Below are positions 48,701-62,529 of a DNA stretch of 64,000 nt, one piece after another. Both the position numbers and the translations under genes were made by a program. The stretch is from Geosiphon pyriformis uo1. Taxonomy: Eukaryota > Fungi > Glomeromycota. Location: NCBI GenBank assembly GCA_016748015.1, contig JAAOMT010000213.1, forward strand, positions 464,485 to 528,484, given 5' to 3'. Below the pieces are notes generated by a model. It saw only the letters and a list, made by a program, of their open reading frames with translations, ran no database searches and had not been told where the DNA came from. The number at the start of each line of letters is the position of its first letter. Positions within the stretch are counted from its first letter, which is position 1.

Positions 48701-51700
48701 AACTTACCTGGAATGCTGACCAAAACTGGGAAACCTATAACAATCAAGACGAATTATCAACAATCTGGAAATAGGAAGAGGATAAAATTAAAGGAAAAGG
48801 GAAAGAAAAAAAAGAAAATTCCATACCAACCCCTATTCACCCTACATATATAACACCACAATCAAGCTATTGTTGCCCAAAACTCATATGTGTTGATTGC
48901 AGCAAGAAATTGTCGTTAATGGGCATGTGTTGTGGTGACAATGAGGAATACTTAACAGCAACCAAATTCTATTGCCATACGTGCATCATAGAATGCTTTG
49001 GATGTCCAAAATGAAAAGAGAAATAAGACAATGAATTATGCTTGGCTTGTGGTGAAACTCTTCTAGATGAAGGAATATGGAACAACATTCTTGGGCAAGG
49101 AGGAATGTGCGACAAATTGTGTCAATACACAATTCTCATAAGTGACTAGGTAAGAAAAAAAACACCTATAGACACTGCCTAGAGACAAGCTATCAAATGT
49201 CTGAATGGATGTCCACATAATGATAACAAAATCTGGTGAATGGCACTCACCAAAATCAAAGGAGTGACTTCAGAAGAAATAAAAACAATCAAAGACAACC
49301 CACCTGAACTCATAAAACTTGACTGGGACCCAGAACCAGTTATAAATCTACTAGATTCAGAACAATTTCATGAACACTACCAAGAATTAGCACCCACTAA
49401 AGAAGAACAAGAGCAACAGTTGGAAGAAATCAATACTTGACTATGTGACCATTGTTTAATTCCCTGTGACTTTTAATATTGTAATAAGTGTGACCTCATT
49501 TACAATCCACTACCACACATGATCTACACAATCCCAGAGGAAAAAAACCAATCAACAGCTGTGCATCAGAATCAGAATCAGTTTCCAATCCTAATTCAGA
49601 TTCCGACAATGACAATGACAAAAATAACAGTTCCAGCTCCGTTCAAAATGGCAATAACAATAACAACAATCCCAATTCAGATTCAAATTCTGATTCAAAC
49701 TACGAACAATATATTGTGCTTCCTAACCTCACCAAAGAACAGAAACTAAAATGGTTCAGTAATAATGATGAAGGTATTATGCCAAAACGCATGCATGATA
49801 TTGATGCAGAGTTTGATCTAAGATATCCAAGGAAAGATCCCATTAAATTGAAACCACATTTGCGCACTTGCATCAATTTGAAAATAGCACTGGAAATTCC
49901 AGCTACAACAATGGTTCAACTAGCATCCAGGAGTAGTTTAGCAAAAAAAGGAATTAACATTAGAGGAGGAATAATTGATGCAAGATATGTAGGAAATATT
50001 ATTGCTATGCTACAAAATGATTCAGAAAAAGCATATATCATAAATCCAAACAAAAAGATAGCACAGGCAATATTCCTACCTCTGATAAAAATAGCTTAAT
50101 TAATGTTAGTGGAAAACAGGAAGAAATTAGGGATTACAGCTAAAGGGATACAGAGATTTGGATCAATGGGTAGAATAGATATACCAGTTAATATAGTAAA
50201 GAAAAAAATTGTTGACAAAAGAAAAATTATCTCAACTCATCAAGCAATTTTCATTCCACCATATGACCAGTATATGTTAGCCATAAAAAGAGAGGTAAAG
50301 AATCAAGCTCAATTGTTTGAAGCAAAAGCCACTATTTGTGAATCAAGAAAGATTGGACTCACCAATCTCTACATCTCAGTCAACAGCTCCAAAAATATTA
50401 AAATTCCTATCCACAACACAACTGGAAACATCATTGAAATACCAAAGGGAACCATCATTGGATATTTAATCACTGAAGTGGAAGATCAACCACCAAGCCA
50501 CATTCCAAATTTCCCACAACTGTGTGAATATGTGAACATCACATCATAAACCATCTATGAACGAAGTGAATGCTATCTGCTTCAACCAAAACAATTGAAA
50601 CAAATAAAAATGGGAAATCTAGACCCACTTCAACAGATGCAACTAAAGATGTTACTTAGCAACTTCAATGACATTTTTGCTAGCAAAAATGAATTTGGCT
50701 ACACCAACATCATCCAGCATCAGATCAAAACTGGAGATGCAATGCCAATTAAACAAAGAGCATACAGAGTACCACCAGCTAGCCATGAGATCATTTGTCA
50801 AGAAATCAATTAGATGCTTGACAATGGGCTAATTCAGCCATCAATGAGTTCATGGTTGTTACCAGTGGTACTAGTCCAGAAGAAGAATAGAAAAATTTGC
50901 TTTTGTGTAGATTACCAAAAATTGAATGGAATAACTAAGGAAAACAGCTACTCAACTCCAAAGATCCAAGAACTATTCGATGCTTTTGGAGAAAACAAAT
51001 GGTTCTCGACATTGGATCTAGATAGTGGCTACTGGCAAGTAGCCATAGATCCAGCTAACAAAGAAAAGACTGCATTTACAACAAGAAAAGGAAATTTCGA
51101 ATTTGAAGTCATGCTATTTGGCTTAATAAACACTCCAACAACATTCCAACGGCTCATGGAAATTGTATATACTGGACTACTATGAAAATCAGTAGTTATA
51201 TACTTAGACAACACCAATGTATTCTCAAAGACATTCGATGATTATCTGCATTATTTCCAGCAGGTGTTTGAAAAACTAAGAAGAGCCAGATTGAAACTAA
51301 ATGCAATGAAGTGTTTCTTTGGAAAAACTGAACTCAAGTTTTTGAGACATGTTGTAAGCAAAAATGATATCAAAATGGATCCAGATAAGATTGCAATAGT
51401 AAAGAACTTTCCAGTACCAACAAACTTGCCAGAACTAAGGGCATTTTTGGGATTTGCAGGCTATTATCACCACTTTATCAAGGACTTTTCTAAACTAACT
51501 TAGCCACTTCACCAGCTACAAACTAAGAATGTAAAGTATGAATGGACTGAAGCTCAACAAAAAGTATTTGATACATTGAAAAGAAAGCTTATTCAAGCTC
51601 CAGTGTTGATGTACTCAGACCACAGCAAACCATTCATTATTACTATGGATGCATCAGGTCAAGCATTGGGAGCAGTACTATCGCAGAAAAGACCAGATAA

Positions 51701-52004
51701 AAGAGAACATCCAATAGCTTATGCCAGTAGAAGCTTAAGTCCAGCTGAAAAGAACTATGGAACTCCAGCACTGGAACATTTAGCAATCTATTGGACAGTC
51801 ATGAAATAAAAAAAATACTTGAGCCAAAAGTTTGAAATATACACAGATCACAAGGGACTAACTTCAATTCAGAAACAAGAATTTGCAGACAATCACCATG
51901 CCAGATGAAAAATAGAACTTTCACCATTTAACTATATAGTATATTATAAAAAGGGAAAAGATAATGGAAATGCTGATGAATTGTCACAAATAAGACAAAT
52001 CTAA
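45772..52004 (+). pseudogene. gag-pol: Element E Gag-Pol (dUTPase ~49770-50175)
   Basis: GTG 45772; capsid MAYTPIAKLDKF at 46741; CHYCDKQGHLQFEC; LILDSESAG; Cys-rich module; DAEFDL, ASRSSL, GGIIDA; LDLDSGYWQ; ends ADELSQIRQI*. Confidence 0.92.
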
Positions 52005-52034
52005 AAACATTCCAACCCAAAAATATAACAAAAG

Positions 52035-53394
52035 ATGAATATACAAAAATACCAACAACTACAACATTATATAAAGACTCAATTGTTCAAGAAAAAATTA
52101 TCTCAAAAAAAACAAAGAGACATAAAACAATAATCCAAATATTTTATCAACCATCAAAATATACTTTACCAGAAAAACAAAAGAAATCCAGATTAACCAA
52201 CCAGAGAAAGAAACAATATTATTCAATATGTATTCAGACCCAACAGCAGGGCATTTTCACAAAGAAGCAACCATAAAAAGAACCAGAAAAAGATACTATT
52301 GGCCAGCAATGTATCCAGACATTATCCAATACATGCAAAATTGTGATGTTTGTCAGAGAAAAGAAAAAACAAGACCAAGTAAACCATTAAAACCAATCAA
52401 AGTGGGACAACCATTCAATCATATTGGAATTGACTTAGTTGGACCATTAACAATCACCAGCAGAGGCAACAGATATATCACAGTAGCCATGGACTATCTT
52501 ATCAAATAACCAGAAGCAAAAGCCATTCAAAGAGTAGATGCAGAATCTGTTGCTGAATTTGTTTATCAAGATTTGATTTGTTGACATGGATGTCCAAAAA
52601 AACTATTATTAGATCAAGAAACTCACTTTGTGAACAGAACACTGGCAGAATTAAGTCAAAGATTTGGAATTAAAAAACCATTATCATCGTCATATTATCC
52701 ACAAACCAATGGACTAGTTGAAAGATTCAATAGAACATTGTGTGAAGCAATCGCCAAAATCAGTCAAAAAAACCAAGACAAATGGGATTTGTTCATACCA
52801 TCAGTATTATTTGCTTATTAGACAATAAAGCAAGATACCACACAAGTAACACCATTTGAACTAGTATATGGTAGAACAGCAATATTACCAGTTAAGATAG
52901 AGGTCAATACATATCCAACTGAACCAATAATAGAAGATAATTTTCAAGAAACATTGTTGAAAAGAACATATAACTTAATGGAAACACTAGAAAACAGACG
53001 ACAAAAAGCAGCTGACAATATACAAAAGTTACAAGAAAAACAAAAAGAGAGACACGATAACCAACTATCAGACAAACCAGTTGAATTCAAGATTGGAGAC
53101 AAAGTACTTCTACATTGTACTAAAGTGGAAAAACAATGGAGTGGAAAATTTGACCCCAAATGGAACAGATTATTTCACATTGAAGAAATTCTTGGAAATG
53201 GAGCTTACAAATTAAGATGGAACAACAAAATCTTAGCCAAAGCAACACATAGTGATTGACTGAAACAATATTACCAGATAACATTATTATCTACCAATAA
53301 CATTTCACAACTAAAAGTACAAAGAATACTAATTCAACCAGATGAGATTCCACGAGATCTGGAACCAATCATAGTTATTGAACCAAACATGTAA
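52035..53394 (+). pseudogene. int: Stand-alone integrase ORF of E
   Basis: MNIQKYQQLQHY; GHF..YYWP..CDVC; IGIDLVGPL; YPQTNGLVERFNRTL; GPY/F-like tail. Confidence 0.9.
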
Positions 53395-53453
53395 AATTAA
53401 ACAATTAGAGAGTATATAAAGACACAGTATACGTGATAAAAGCAATCAAGAAA

Positions 53454-54089
53454 ATGGAAATACCAGATCATATTCACACTATAGCTCAACAACTGTTCCA
53501 GGCCTTAAGTCAACAACAGTTAAACATAGAAATTATTGTTAACAACCAAACAATTTGCTATCGAAATACTAAAAGAAAAACAAAGAACACACCATATTAG
53601 CAGATACCAAAGAATGATAAAAACTGGTCAGATAACATAATAGAAAAAGTAAAGAACATGTTTAGGAAAATACCTATTATAGTACCAACAGAAAAATTTA
53701 CAAAAAAAAATTGGAAGCAATGGACAGAACAACTTCTAATATCATACTGTTACTACCAGTTAGGTCGGAAGTTAAATATTTAGGAGTTGTATATTGACAA
53801 ATCCAAGAGAATATTCAACCAAGACATAATACAACAAATTGAAAAATTTATCAGAAAGAAAATGAATTCAACACTACATGTTAGAACAATGTACTGACTA
53901 CACAACATATTTCGAAACTATCCAGAAATACTGTTACACTCTGACATGGAAATCATAACAATTAACCAATGGGAAAGAATAAACAATACATAAGTGGAAG
54001 ACATGAGAAACAGAGTCAAACAAACAATACTTGAAAAAGAAGTATTAGAATTAATTCAAAATGAAGATTTTAACAGAGCTCAATATTAA
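53454..54089 (+). pseudogene. Accessory ORF3 of element E (stops and a frameshift)
   Basis: MEIPDHIHTIAQQLFQAL..IEIIVNNQTICY; YYQLGRKL; RTMY*LHNIF; aligns with A and C ORF3; TATATAAA at 53413 upstream. Confidence 0.75.
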
Positions 54090-54103
54090 AAAGGAGGAGA
54101 TAA

Positions 54104-54988
54104 TGTTACTTATAGAAAAAGAAAACAGATATAGGAAAATAAGAGACCAATAGGAGAATAGTAGTTAGCACATAAGCACATTGTTCAGCAATGTGGAGCA
54201 ATGTCAAAAAGTATGGCACATTGCTCAGTAATGTGAAGCAATGTCAAAAATCATAGCACATTGCTCAGCAATGTGGAGCGATATTAAAAAAATATGGCAC
54301 ATTGCTTAGCAATATGAGCATTGCTTAAAAAATTATAGCACATTGCTTGGGAATGTGAACAATTTCATAGAACCCAAATTATGTATATATAGTAGTAGTA
54401 TTAGAAGTAAAAAAAGACAGACCTCTTAGTTTAGATATGATCTAAGCAACCTTCTATTCACAAATATTAATAAATAATTATTTACCATTTTAATCTACTT
54501 TCCACTATCAACACTTCATGTTGATAGTAAGTAATACTTAACCACATGAGAACAATAGCTCTTGATCATGGCTATTGATGGGATACTAACTTGCAATTGC
54601 TTTCATTTATTTCTTTATTTTCTTTTATTTTATTTTCTTTGTTTTGTTATTTCGTTGGTTTTACTAAACTGATTAAAAATTAAGTGTTGAGTTATTGATA
54701 TCAAGGATAGCCTGGTAAAAGACCCTAAAAGAAGGGTATAAGAATTGAGAATTTAAGGATAGCTTACCAGAAGGACATCTTTGCCAAGATTACTGGCCAC
54801 CATGCTGAGAAAAAAATTTAACAGAATTGCAATTTCAGGAGGCTATAGAAAAGACAACACTTGAATCTCTATCTATTATACAAAGAACTCCACAACAAAA
54901 CCTTCAGATAGCGACACCAGAATACCAACCCAGTACCAAGTTACAGATTTGTTATTTGACTTGAGACCCCAAATAATTATCTGTAACA
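54104..54988 (+). repeat. 3' LTR of element E
   Basis: Repeat of 44864-45708 plus one extra ~40-bp unit. Confidence 0.93.
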
Positions 54989-57900
54989 AAGGGAAGGATG
55001 TAAGAGAGACTTTTATCTCTTTAAGGCAAAATCAAATCAACAATACCATTTTACTCACCACTATTACCAAAGACACTACTCTTGCCACCATATTCCCCTT
55101 TGATATTGATCATCTGAACACCACTAGCTTTTTCAGTGGAGCTGCTATTAATCAGAATAAACCAATCACAGTTCTATACACTGATGCTAGAATTAGGAAC
55201 ATAGATATTAAGTTAATTCTAAACAGCAGTTCAGTGGGCAGTATAATAACAAAACAATTCATAGATCAATTAAGTCACCAAATAGATTGTGCCACAACTG
55301 TCCAAATCATCACCACAGATGGCAATACCAAAACTTCTATTGGAAAAATCAATAATTTTCCCTTTGAGATCAATAGAATCCAGATTCCTACTAAAGTCCT
55401 GGTCATAGAAGCCATGCAATATCAAGCCCTTGTTGGAAACAACTGATTGGCCAAAGCCCATGCCACTCTTGACTGGAACACACAGAAATTACAGATCACT
55501 TTTAATGGACAACATGCCCAAGTCCTGGCTACATGCAGACACTTCTAAGTCCAAAGCTCAAAGAAACTACTAATTGAATTCGAAGACACAACACCACCAC
55601 CTACTATAGAAACCTATCAAGTTTCATGAGCAGATGATTTCTGAACAGAGTTACCTCCACCACCAACTTGGGAAGAAAAAGGAAAGGGAAAAGCAGAAGA
55701 ACTACAATTGGCACCTGCAGGCTATTTTGCCTTAAGTCAAGGAAGTCAATAGTATTGAACCCCAAAATTAAATTGTGTCGACTATGAGAAAAAGTTATTT
55801 TCCATGGACACATGTATAGAAGATAATGAAGAATAGCCAACCACCACAAAATACTATTGCAGACCATATGTAATAGAAAGATTCGAAAAACCGAAACGAC
55901 AAGGATAATAGAACAAAACACCATGCCTTGCCTGTGGCAAGATTCTATTAGATGAAGAATTCTGGAATAATGTTCCTGACAGAGGAGGGACATGCGATGA
56001 AGTGTGTTAATATACCATCTTAATCAATGATTGGATATGAAAAAGAACCCCAATTGAAGCTGTCTGGAGATGAGCTCTTAGTAGATTGGATGACTATCCA
56101 CATGATGAACACAAAATATGGAGGATGGCAAGTACCAAATCTAAAGATGCCATACTTAGTGAAATACGAGAAATCAAAGAAAACCCATTTGTATCTAAAT
56201 ACAAAGGACCTGATTACATTACTAAAGATTTCCTTACTGATGACCCAGATGCATTTTAGAACCATTACCAAGAATTGGCCCTGACCCAAGAAGAACAGGA
56301 ACAGAGACTAGCTGACCTAAACACGAAATTATGTGATCATTGCTTAATCCCTTGCCATTTCTAGTATTGCAATGAATGTAACCTCATGTTTAATCTACCA
56401 TCAAGAATATTACACCCTATTGATAAGCTACTAAAATCTGAAGAAGAAGCCAAGTTAATAATTGAGGACATGCTGTTTCAAGAGCCTAATGAGGCTATTA
56501 AAACAAAGCAGTATCTTGCATATCCTGATCTATCCAAAGAACTAGAGCTAAAATAGTACAGTGACAATAAAGAAAAAATTTGCCCCAAAAAAGCACATAA
56601 CACTGATGCTGGTTTTGATCTACAATACTCCAGACAATTACCCATCATTATAGCCCTACATTCTCTTGTAAAAATAGATCTTAAAATAGCATTAGAAATT
56701 CCTGTTAGTACAATGGTACAAGTTGCCTTTCAATCTAGTCTAGCCAAGAAAGGAATCAACATAAAAGGAGGAATCATTGATGCTGGTTACACAAGAAACA
56801 TTATCGTGATGCTACAAAACAATTCAGACAGATTTTACAAAATAGAATCACAAAAAAAGATTGCCCAAGCTATCTTTCTACTCTTAGTCAAAATACCCCA
56901 ATTAACTCCAGTAACAATCTAAGAAAAATTAAACTTTACTGTCCAAGGAATCAATAGGTTTGGATCAAGTGGAAGAGGAAATATACCAATCAACTTCACA
57001 GAGGAAGACAGTAACCAGATAAAACTTATCTACACTGATACAGTTATTTCTATTTCTCTTTACCAAAAATACCTCCTTAAAGTGAATTGAAAGATCCAAG
57101 ATCAAGCCCTGTTATTTGAAGCTGATTCTAAAATCTGTTCTCTAGCTGATGTTGCTAACTTATACCTACTAACCAAAGTCCATAAACACTTCAAAATCCC
57201 CATCCACAATCTCACAAAAGATGTAATTAAAATCCCCAAAGAAATCTTTATTGGTTTTATTTTACTGGACATTTAACATCCCAAAAAACCTCAGTTCATT
57301 CCAGATTTCACACAACTATTCCTATTTTGTGACATCACCTTACAAGTATGGAATTTGCCAAAAGAAAGTTACTTGTTTATACCAGAAAAGATCCATAAAT
57401 TGAATTTAGGAAACTTAAGTACCCTATAACAAATGCAACTCAAAGTTCTTCTGAATCAATATGCCGATGTCTTTGTCAGCAAAAATAAGTTCGGACACAC
57501 CAACATCATAAAGCATCAGATTGATATGGGAGATGCTCGACCTATTAAACAACGAGCTTACTGAATACTCCTATCTGGCAACAACCTTATCAAACAAGAA
57601 GTCCAACAAATGTTTGACAATGGCTTGATCAAAGAATTATTAAGTTCTTGGTTCTCTCCAGTAGTCTTGGTCACCAAGAAAAACAGAAAGATGCAATTTT
57701 GCATAGATTACTGAAAACTAAATAGTGTCACGCAAGAAGATAGTTATCCCACTCCCCTCATTCAAGAAATTTTAGACAATCTAGGGAAAAAAAAATGGTT
57801 CTCGTCATTAGATTTAGCAAGTAGTTACTAGCAAGTTGAAATGGATTCCAAAGACAAAAAAAAAACAGCATTTACCACTCAAGACGGAAACTTCAAGTTT

Positions 57901-58800
57901 AATGTAATGTTTTTTGGACTCTGTAACACTTCTGCCACATTCCAGTGCCTCATAGATATTGTATACAAAGGAATCCTGTAGAAATCAGTCATAGTATATT
58001 TAGACAACACCAATGTTTTCTCTAAAACATTTGATGATCATTTGCTCCATCTACAACAAGTTTTCGAATGCCTTCGTAGTGCCAGATTGAAACTCAACCC
58101 CGATAAATGCTTCTTTGGAAAAACCAAGTTAAAGTTCTTAAGACATGTAATCGACAAAGATGGAGTCAAACCCAATCCAGATAAGGTCCAAAAAGTCAAG
58201 GATTTTTTAGCTCCAATCAACCTCAGAGAATTATGAGGATTTCTAGGATTGGCGGGCTATTATTGTCAATTTGTTAAAGGTTTCTTAAACATTGCAAAAT
58301 CACTCTATTATTTGTTGTCCAAATATGTACTGTACTTGTAGAAGGAAGAACAACAGAAAGCATTCAATTATCTCAAGTAGCATTTGATTACATCTCCCAT
58401 CTTGATTTACCCAGATTTTACTAAATGGTTCATTGTCACTATGGATGCCTCGAAAAATACTCTAGAAGCAGTATTATTCTAGATAGGACCAAACAATAGA
58501 AAACATCTAGTTGCCTATGCCAGTCGTAGCATGAGCCCAGCAGAAAAGAATTATAGCACAACAGATCTGAAATGCCTTACCATTTATTGGGCCATACAGA
58601 CTTGGAAACATTACCTCAGTCAACCATTTAACCTATATACCGATCACAAAAGACTTATTTGGTTACTCAATAATCCACAATTAGAAGAAAAATATGCGAG
58701 ATGGAGTACTTATTTGCAACAATTTCCACTCAAAGTCTATTACAAAGAAGGATCTAAGAACACTAATGTCAACAGTTTGTTGAAGATACCACAAACCTAA
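54989..58800 (+). pseudogene. pol: Element D Pol (protease, Cys-rich module, dUTPase ~56575-56975, RT, RNase H)
   Basis: IKLILNSSSVGSII; CLACG, CDHCLIPC; DAGFDL, GGIIDAGY, IAQAIF; LDLASSY*Q, YLDN; ends NSLLKIPQT*. Confidence 0.9.
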
Positions 58801-58810
58801 TTTCAGACCC

Positions 58811-60135
58811 ATGGACACACTCACTTATCAACAACTACATCAGTACCTATCAACACTATGTTTTAAGAAGATATTATTTTAACAGAAATGAGATACCATA
58901 TGAAAACAAGCCCAAAATTATTTTATTTAAGACAACCAATTATAAAGAACAGTGAAAAGGAAACTATATTATATAATATGCATTCTGATTCAACCACAAG
59001 ACACTTTAACAAAGATGCTACTCTCGAAAGAACACTAAATTTATATTATTGGCCAACAATGTACAAAGACATTTTCGAATATGTGCTCAATTGTGATGCA
59101 TGCCAGCAAAAAGAAGGAGCAAAATTAACAGAACCACTTTGATCCATTCCAGTTGGAAATCTATTTAATAGAATTGGAATCAATTTGGTTGGACCTCTCT
59201 CGATTACATTTCAAGAAAATCACTATATCACTGTAGCCATAAATTATCTTACAAAATGGCCAGAAGCCAGAGCAATCCAAGTGGCCGATGCCAAAACAGT
59301 AGCTGAATTTGTGCATCAAGACTTAATTTGCTGACATAAATGCCCAAAAGAATTATTATCTGATCAGGAAACACACTTTGTTAATAATACACTAACTGAA
59401 CTAAGTCAATGGTTTGAAATAAAGAGACTTTTATTGTCACCATACCACCCACAAACAAACAGACTGGTAGAACAATTTAACAGAACACTGTGCAAAGCAC
59501 TAGCAAAAATAAGTCATGAAAACAGACAAAAATGAGACTTATTCATACTCTTTGTACTCTTGGCATACCGAACATTAAAACAAGATATGACTCAGTTCAC
59601 ACTATTCAAACTAGTCTATAAAAGAAAAGCTACATTACCAATTAAATGAGTGATACCATCATATCCAACAAAAACAATCAATGAAGAGAATTTTGAAGCT
59701 ACCTTATACCAAAAAATGTACCAGCTAATGGAAACATTGGAAAACAATTGAAGAACAGCAGCTAACAATATTAATTATGCTCAAGAATGACAAAAAGAAA
59801 AACATAATAAATGTCTAGCAAAACAACCAATGGAATTCAAGATTGAAAACCAAGTACTGTTACATCATACAAAAGCTGAGAAACAGTAGAGTGGAAAGTT
59901 TGACCCAAAATAGAATGATCCATTCCACATACACAAAGCATTAGAAAATGAAGCTTACAAATTACAATTGGAAGACAGGATTTTAAAGAAAGTAGCACAT
60001 GGAAATCGGTTAAAAATTTATCATGTAAAACAGGAATCATCATCATCAGTACCTTAACTAGAAACACAAATTTTATTAATCAGACCAGAAGATATATCAT
60101 GAAATCTGAAACCAATCATCATCATTGAAATATAA
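58811..60135 (+). pseudogene. int: Stand-alone integrase ORF of D
   Basis: ATG 10 nt after the Pol stop (MDTLTYQQLHQYL); YYWP..CDAC; YLTKWPEA; SDQETHF; PYHPQTN. Confidence 0.9.
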
Positions 60136-60215
60136 ACAACATACAGCAAATTAAATTGGAAAATTCAAATATATATAGCATCCAAAAAGCAACAAAAAAT
60201 GATTGAAATTTTAAC

Positions 60216-60567
60216 ATAGACCTTTCAGATCAAATTTTAAAATTATCTAAACAATTATTTAAAACAATTCAAAAATCGATATTTCCAATAGAAATTATAA
60301 TTAATAGAAAAGAGATAAGATATAGAAATAAGGGGAAGAGAGGGATGGGCAAAAGTTCAACTAGAACTAATCATTCCTATCCCTACATCCTGTCCGAGAA
60401 AAAAATTTTACAAAAAAAAAATTAATTTGTCTTGGGTGGAACTTGAAAAAAGTGTGGAGGAATGAGAAATATTTTATAAAAGAAAATACTTGGTTCCCGA
60501 GCTCGAATATTACACAAACAAAGACATAAGAACAGATACATATAATTTTGCAGAAGCTCAATTCTAA
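60216..60567 (+). pseudogene. Short ORF3 variant of element D
   Basis: (ATA)DLSDQILKLSKQLFKTIQKSIFPIEIIINRKEIRY matches the ORF3 N-terminal motif; shorter, unrelated-looking C-terminus ending NFAEAQF*. Confidence 0.6.
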
Positions 60568-60581
60568 AAAGAGAGGGATAA

Positions 60582-61627
60582 TATTACTTGAGTAAAAAAA
60601 CTGATCTGAAGTTATAAAAAAATGTGACCAAAACATGACATAATACAGAATAGTGTGCAATAACATTGAATAATGTATTATAACTTAGAATAGCATACAA
60701 TAACATTGAATAATGTGTTATAACTTAAGATAGCACAAGATAACGTGTTACAACATAGGATAACACAGAATAACACTAGATAATGTGTTATAACATAGGA
60801 TAACTAGTAATAACATAGAAGAATGAAGCAATAACAGAAATAACAAAGCAATAGTTAGCAATAATGAAACAATCAGAAGCAATCCTGTAAAACCAAAAGA
60901 ATGTATAAAAGCAAGTAGTGATAGAAAGTAGAAAAAAGAACAGATAGATATGAACCACTAGACAAGAAACAAATATCCATCACTCCTCCTCATTTATTAT
61001 ATTTCTATATTCATCTTCTGAAATAAATCAATTATTAAAGAAATCAGAATTATGAATTCATATTCTCAAACTGTGTGAAATTTACATAAATTAACTATTG
61101 TTTCATACCTTTGTTTTAGGACAGATGCTCTTAGCATAACCACCTTGGACTATTAACAATTTGGACTAATTGCTCTTAATCATGGTGATTGACAATACTA
61201 ATTTATATATATATATTTTTTTTTTTTTTTCTTATTTTCTTTTGTGGAGTGACAACATAATAAAATTGACTGTCTGAGAATAGGCTTTGTGATAGCCTGG
61301 TAAAAGAGGGAGGCTCCTCCTAAGTTTTGGATATTAACATTATCTTGTTAGCTTATCAGAAAAGCGAAAAGACACCACCAGACCCTAACAACTGTGCTTA
61401 TTAGCTTAGAGAAGAAAGCTCACATTTATGGAAACATTGTAATTGACAAAAAACGAACTCTGTGCCTTATAATCAAAGAATTCAATGAGTAGATTTACAT
61501 CCAGAAATAGACCTTTAGAAACTGATAATTGAGACTAAGCCAACAGAATTATGTGGAAGATACATCACCAATAATTAAAAGCACCAAATATTATTATTTC
61601 CATTACCCACCAAGTTTACCCATAACA
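60582..61627 (+). repeat. 3' LTR of element D
   Basis: Repeat of 41764-42815. Confidence 0.93.
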
Positions 61628-62529
61628 GTGGTGTTACTCATAGAAATATAGGAAATATATTAGCATAATTATTAGCCAATCAGAAGTAGATATAGTAAAT
61701 GTGGAATTTCAAGATTCCAGGAATTACAGGATTCTCACACAAGGAATTGCAGAATTCCAGAATTCCAGGATTCCTCTTGAAGGAATTGTAGGATTCTAGG
61801 AATTCTGGAATTCCTGTCATAAAGAATTGAGGAATTGAGAAATCTTAATTATGTATATATAGCAGTAGCATTAGAAGCTGAAAAAAAAGGATCTCTGAGT
61901 TTAAATGTAATCTAAGCAACTCTCCAAATCACAGTCATCTAATAAATAACTATTTGTTATCTCAAAAAACCACTTCTACTATCAACTATTTATGTTGATA
62001 GTAATTGATACTTAACTACACTAGAACAATAGTTTTTGATTACGGTTATTGATGGGATATTAAAGTTGCACACTATTTTGGCTTATTTCTTTATATTTCT
62101 TTATTTTCTTTATTTTTCTTTGATTTTTGTTATTGTGCACTAACCAATTGATTAAAAGTGCTGATTACTGACATCAAGGATTGCCTGGTAAAAGACCCCT
62201 GCGAGTGGGTAGAACATGTACAGAAGATACAGATTACTTACCAGAGGATTGCCGGCCACCAAGCCGAGAAAAGAATTAACAAACTTGTGAGTCTGAAAAG
62301 CTATGAATAAAACAACTATTGAATCTCTGTCCATTATACAAAGAACTCATTTGGAAAACCTTCAGATACCAACCACTTAAAGATATTATCAACAATGTGA
62401 GTAGTTTTTGAGCACCAAGTTATGGGTTTATTATTTAATCCAACAACAGAAATTGTCACCTGTAATATTTGGTGCTCCCTGTAAGGTATAATCCTACAGA
62501 GAACCAGCACCAACAAACACCATCCAAAA

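Larger units (their letters stand above)
44864..54988 (+). mobile_element. LTR retrotransposon E, complete, nested in D
   Basis: LTRs 44864-45708 and 54104-54988; TSD AAGA/AAGG; PBS at 45711; PPT 54088-54103. Confidence 0.95.
41764..61627 (+). mobile_element. LTR retrotransposon D, interrupted by E
   Basis: LTRs 41764-42815 and 60582-61627; perfect TSD GTGG; PBS at 42818; PPT 60566-60581. Confidence 0.93.
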
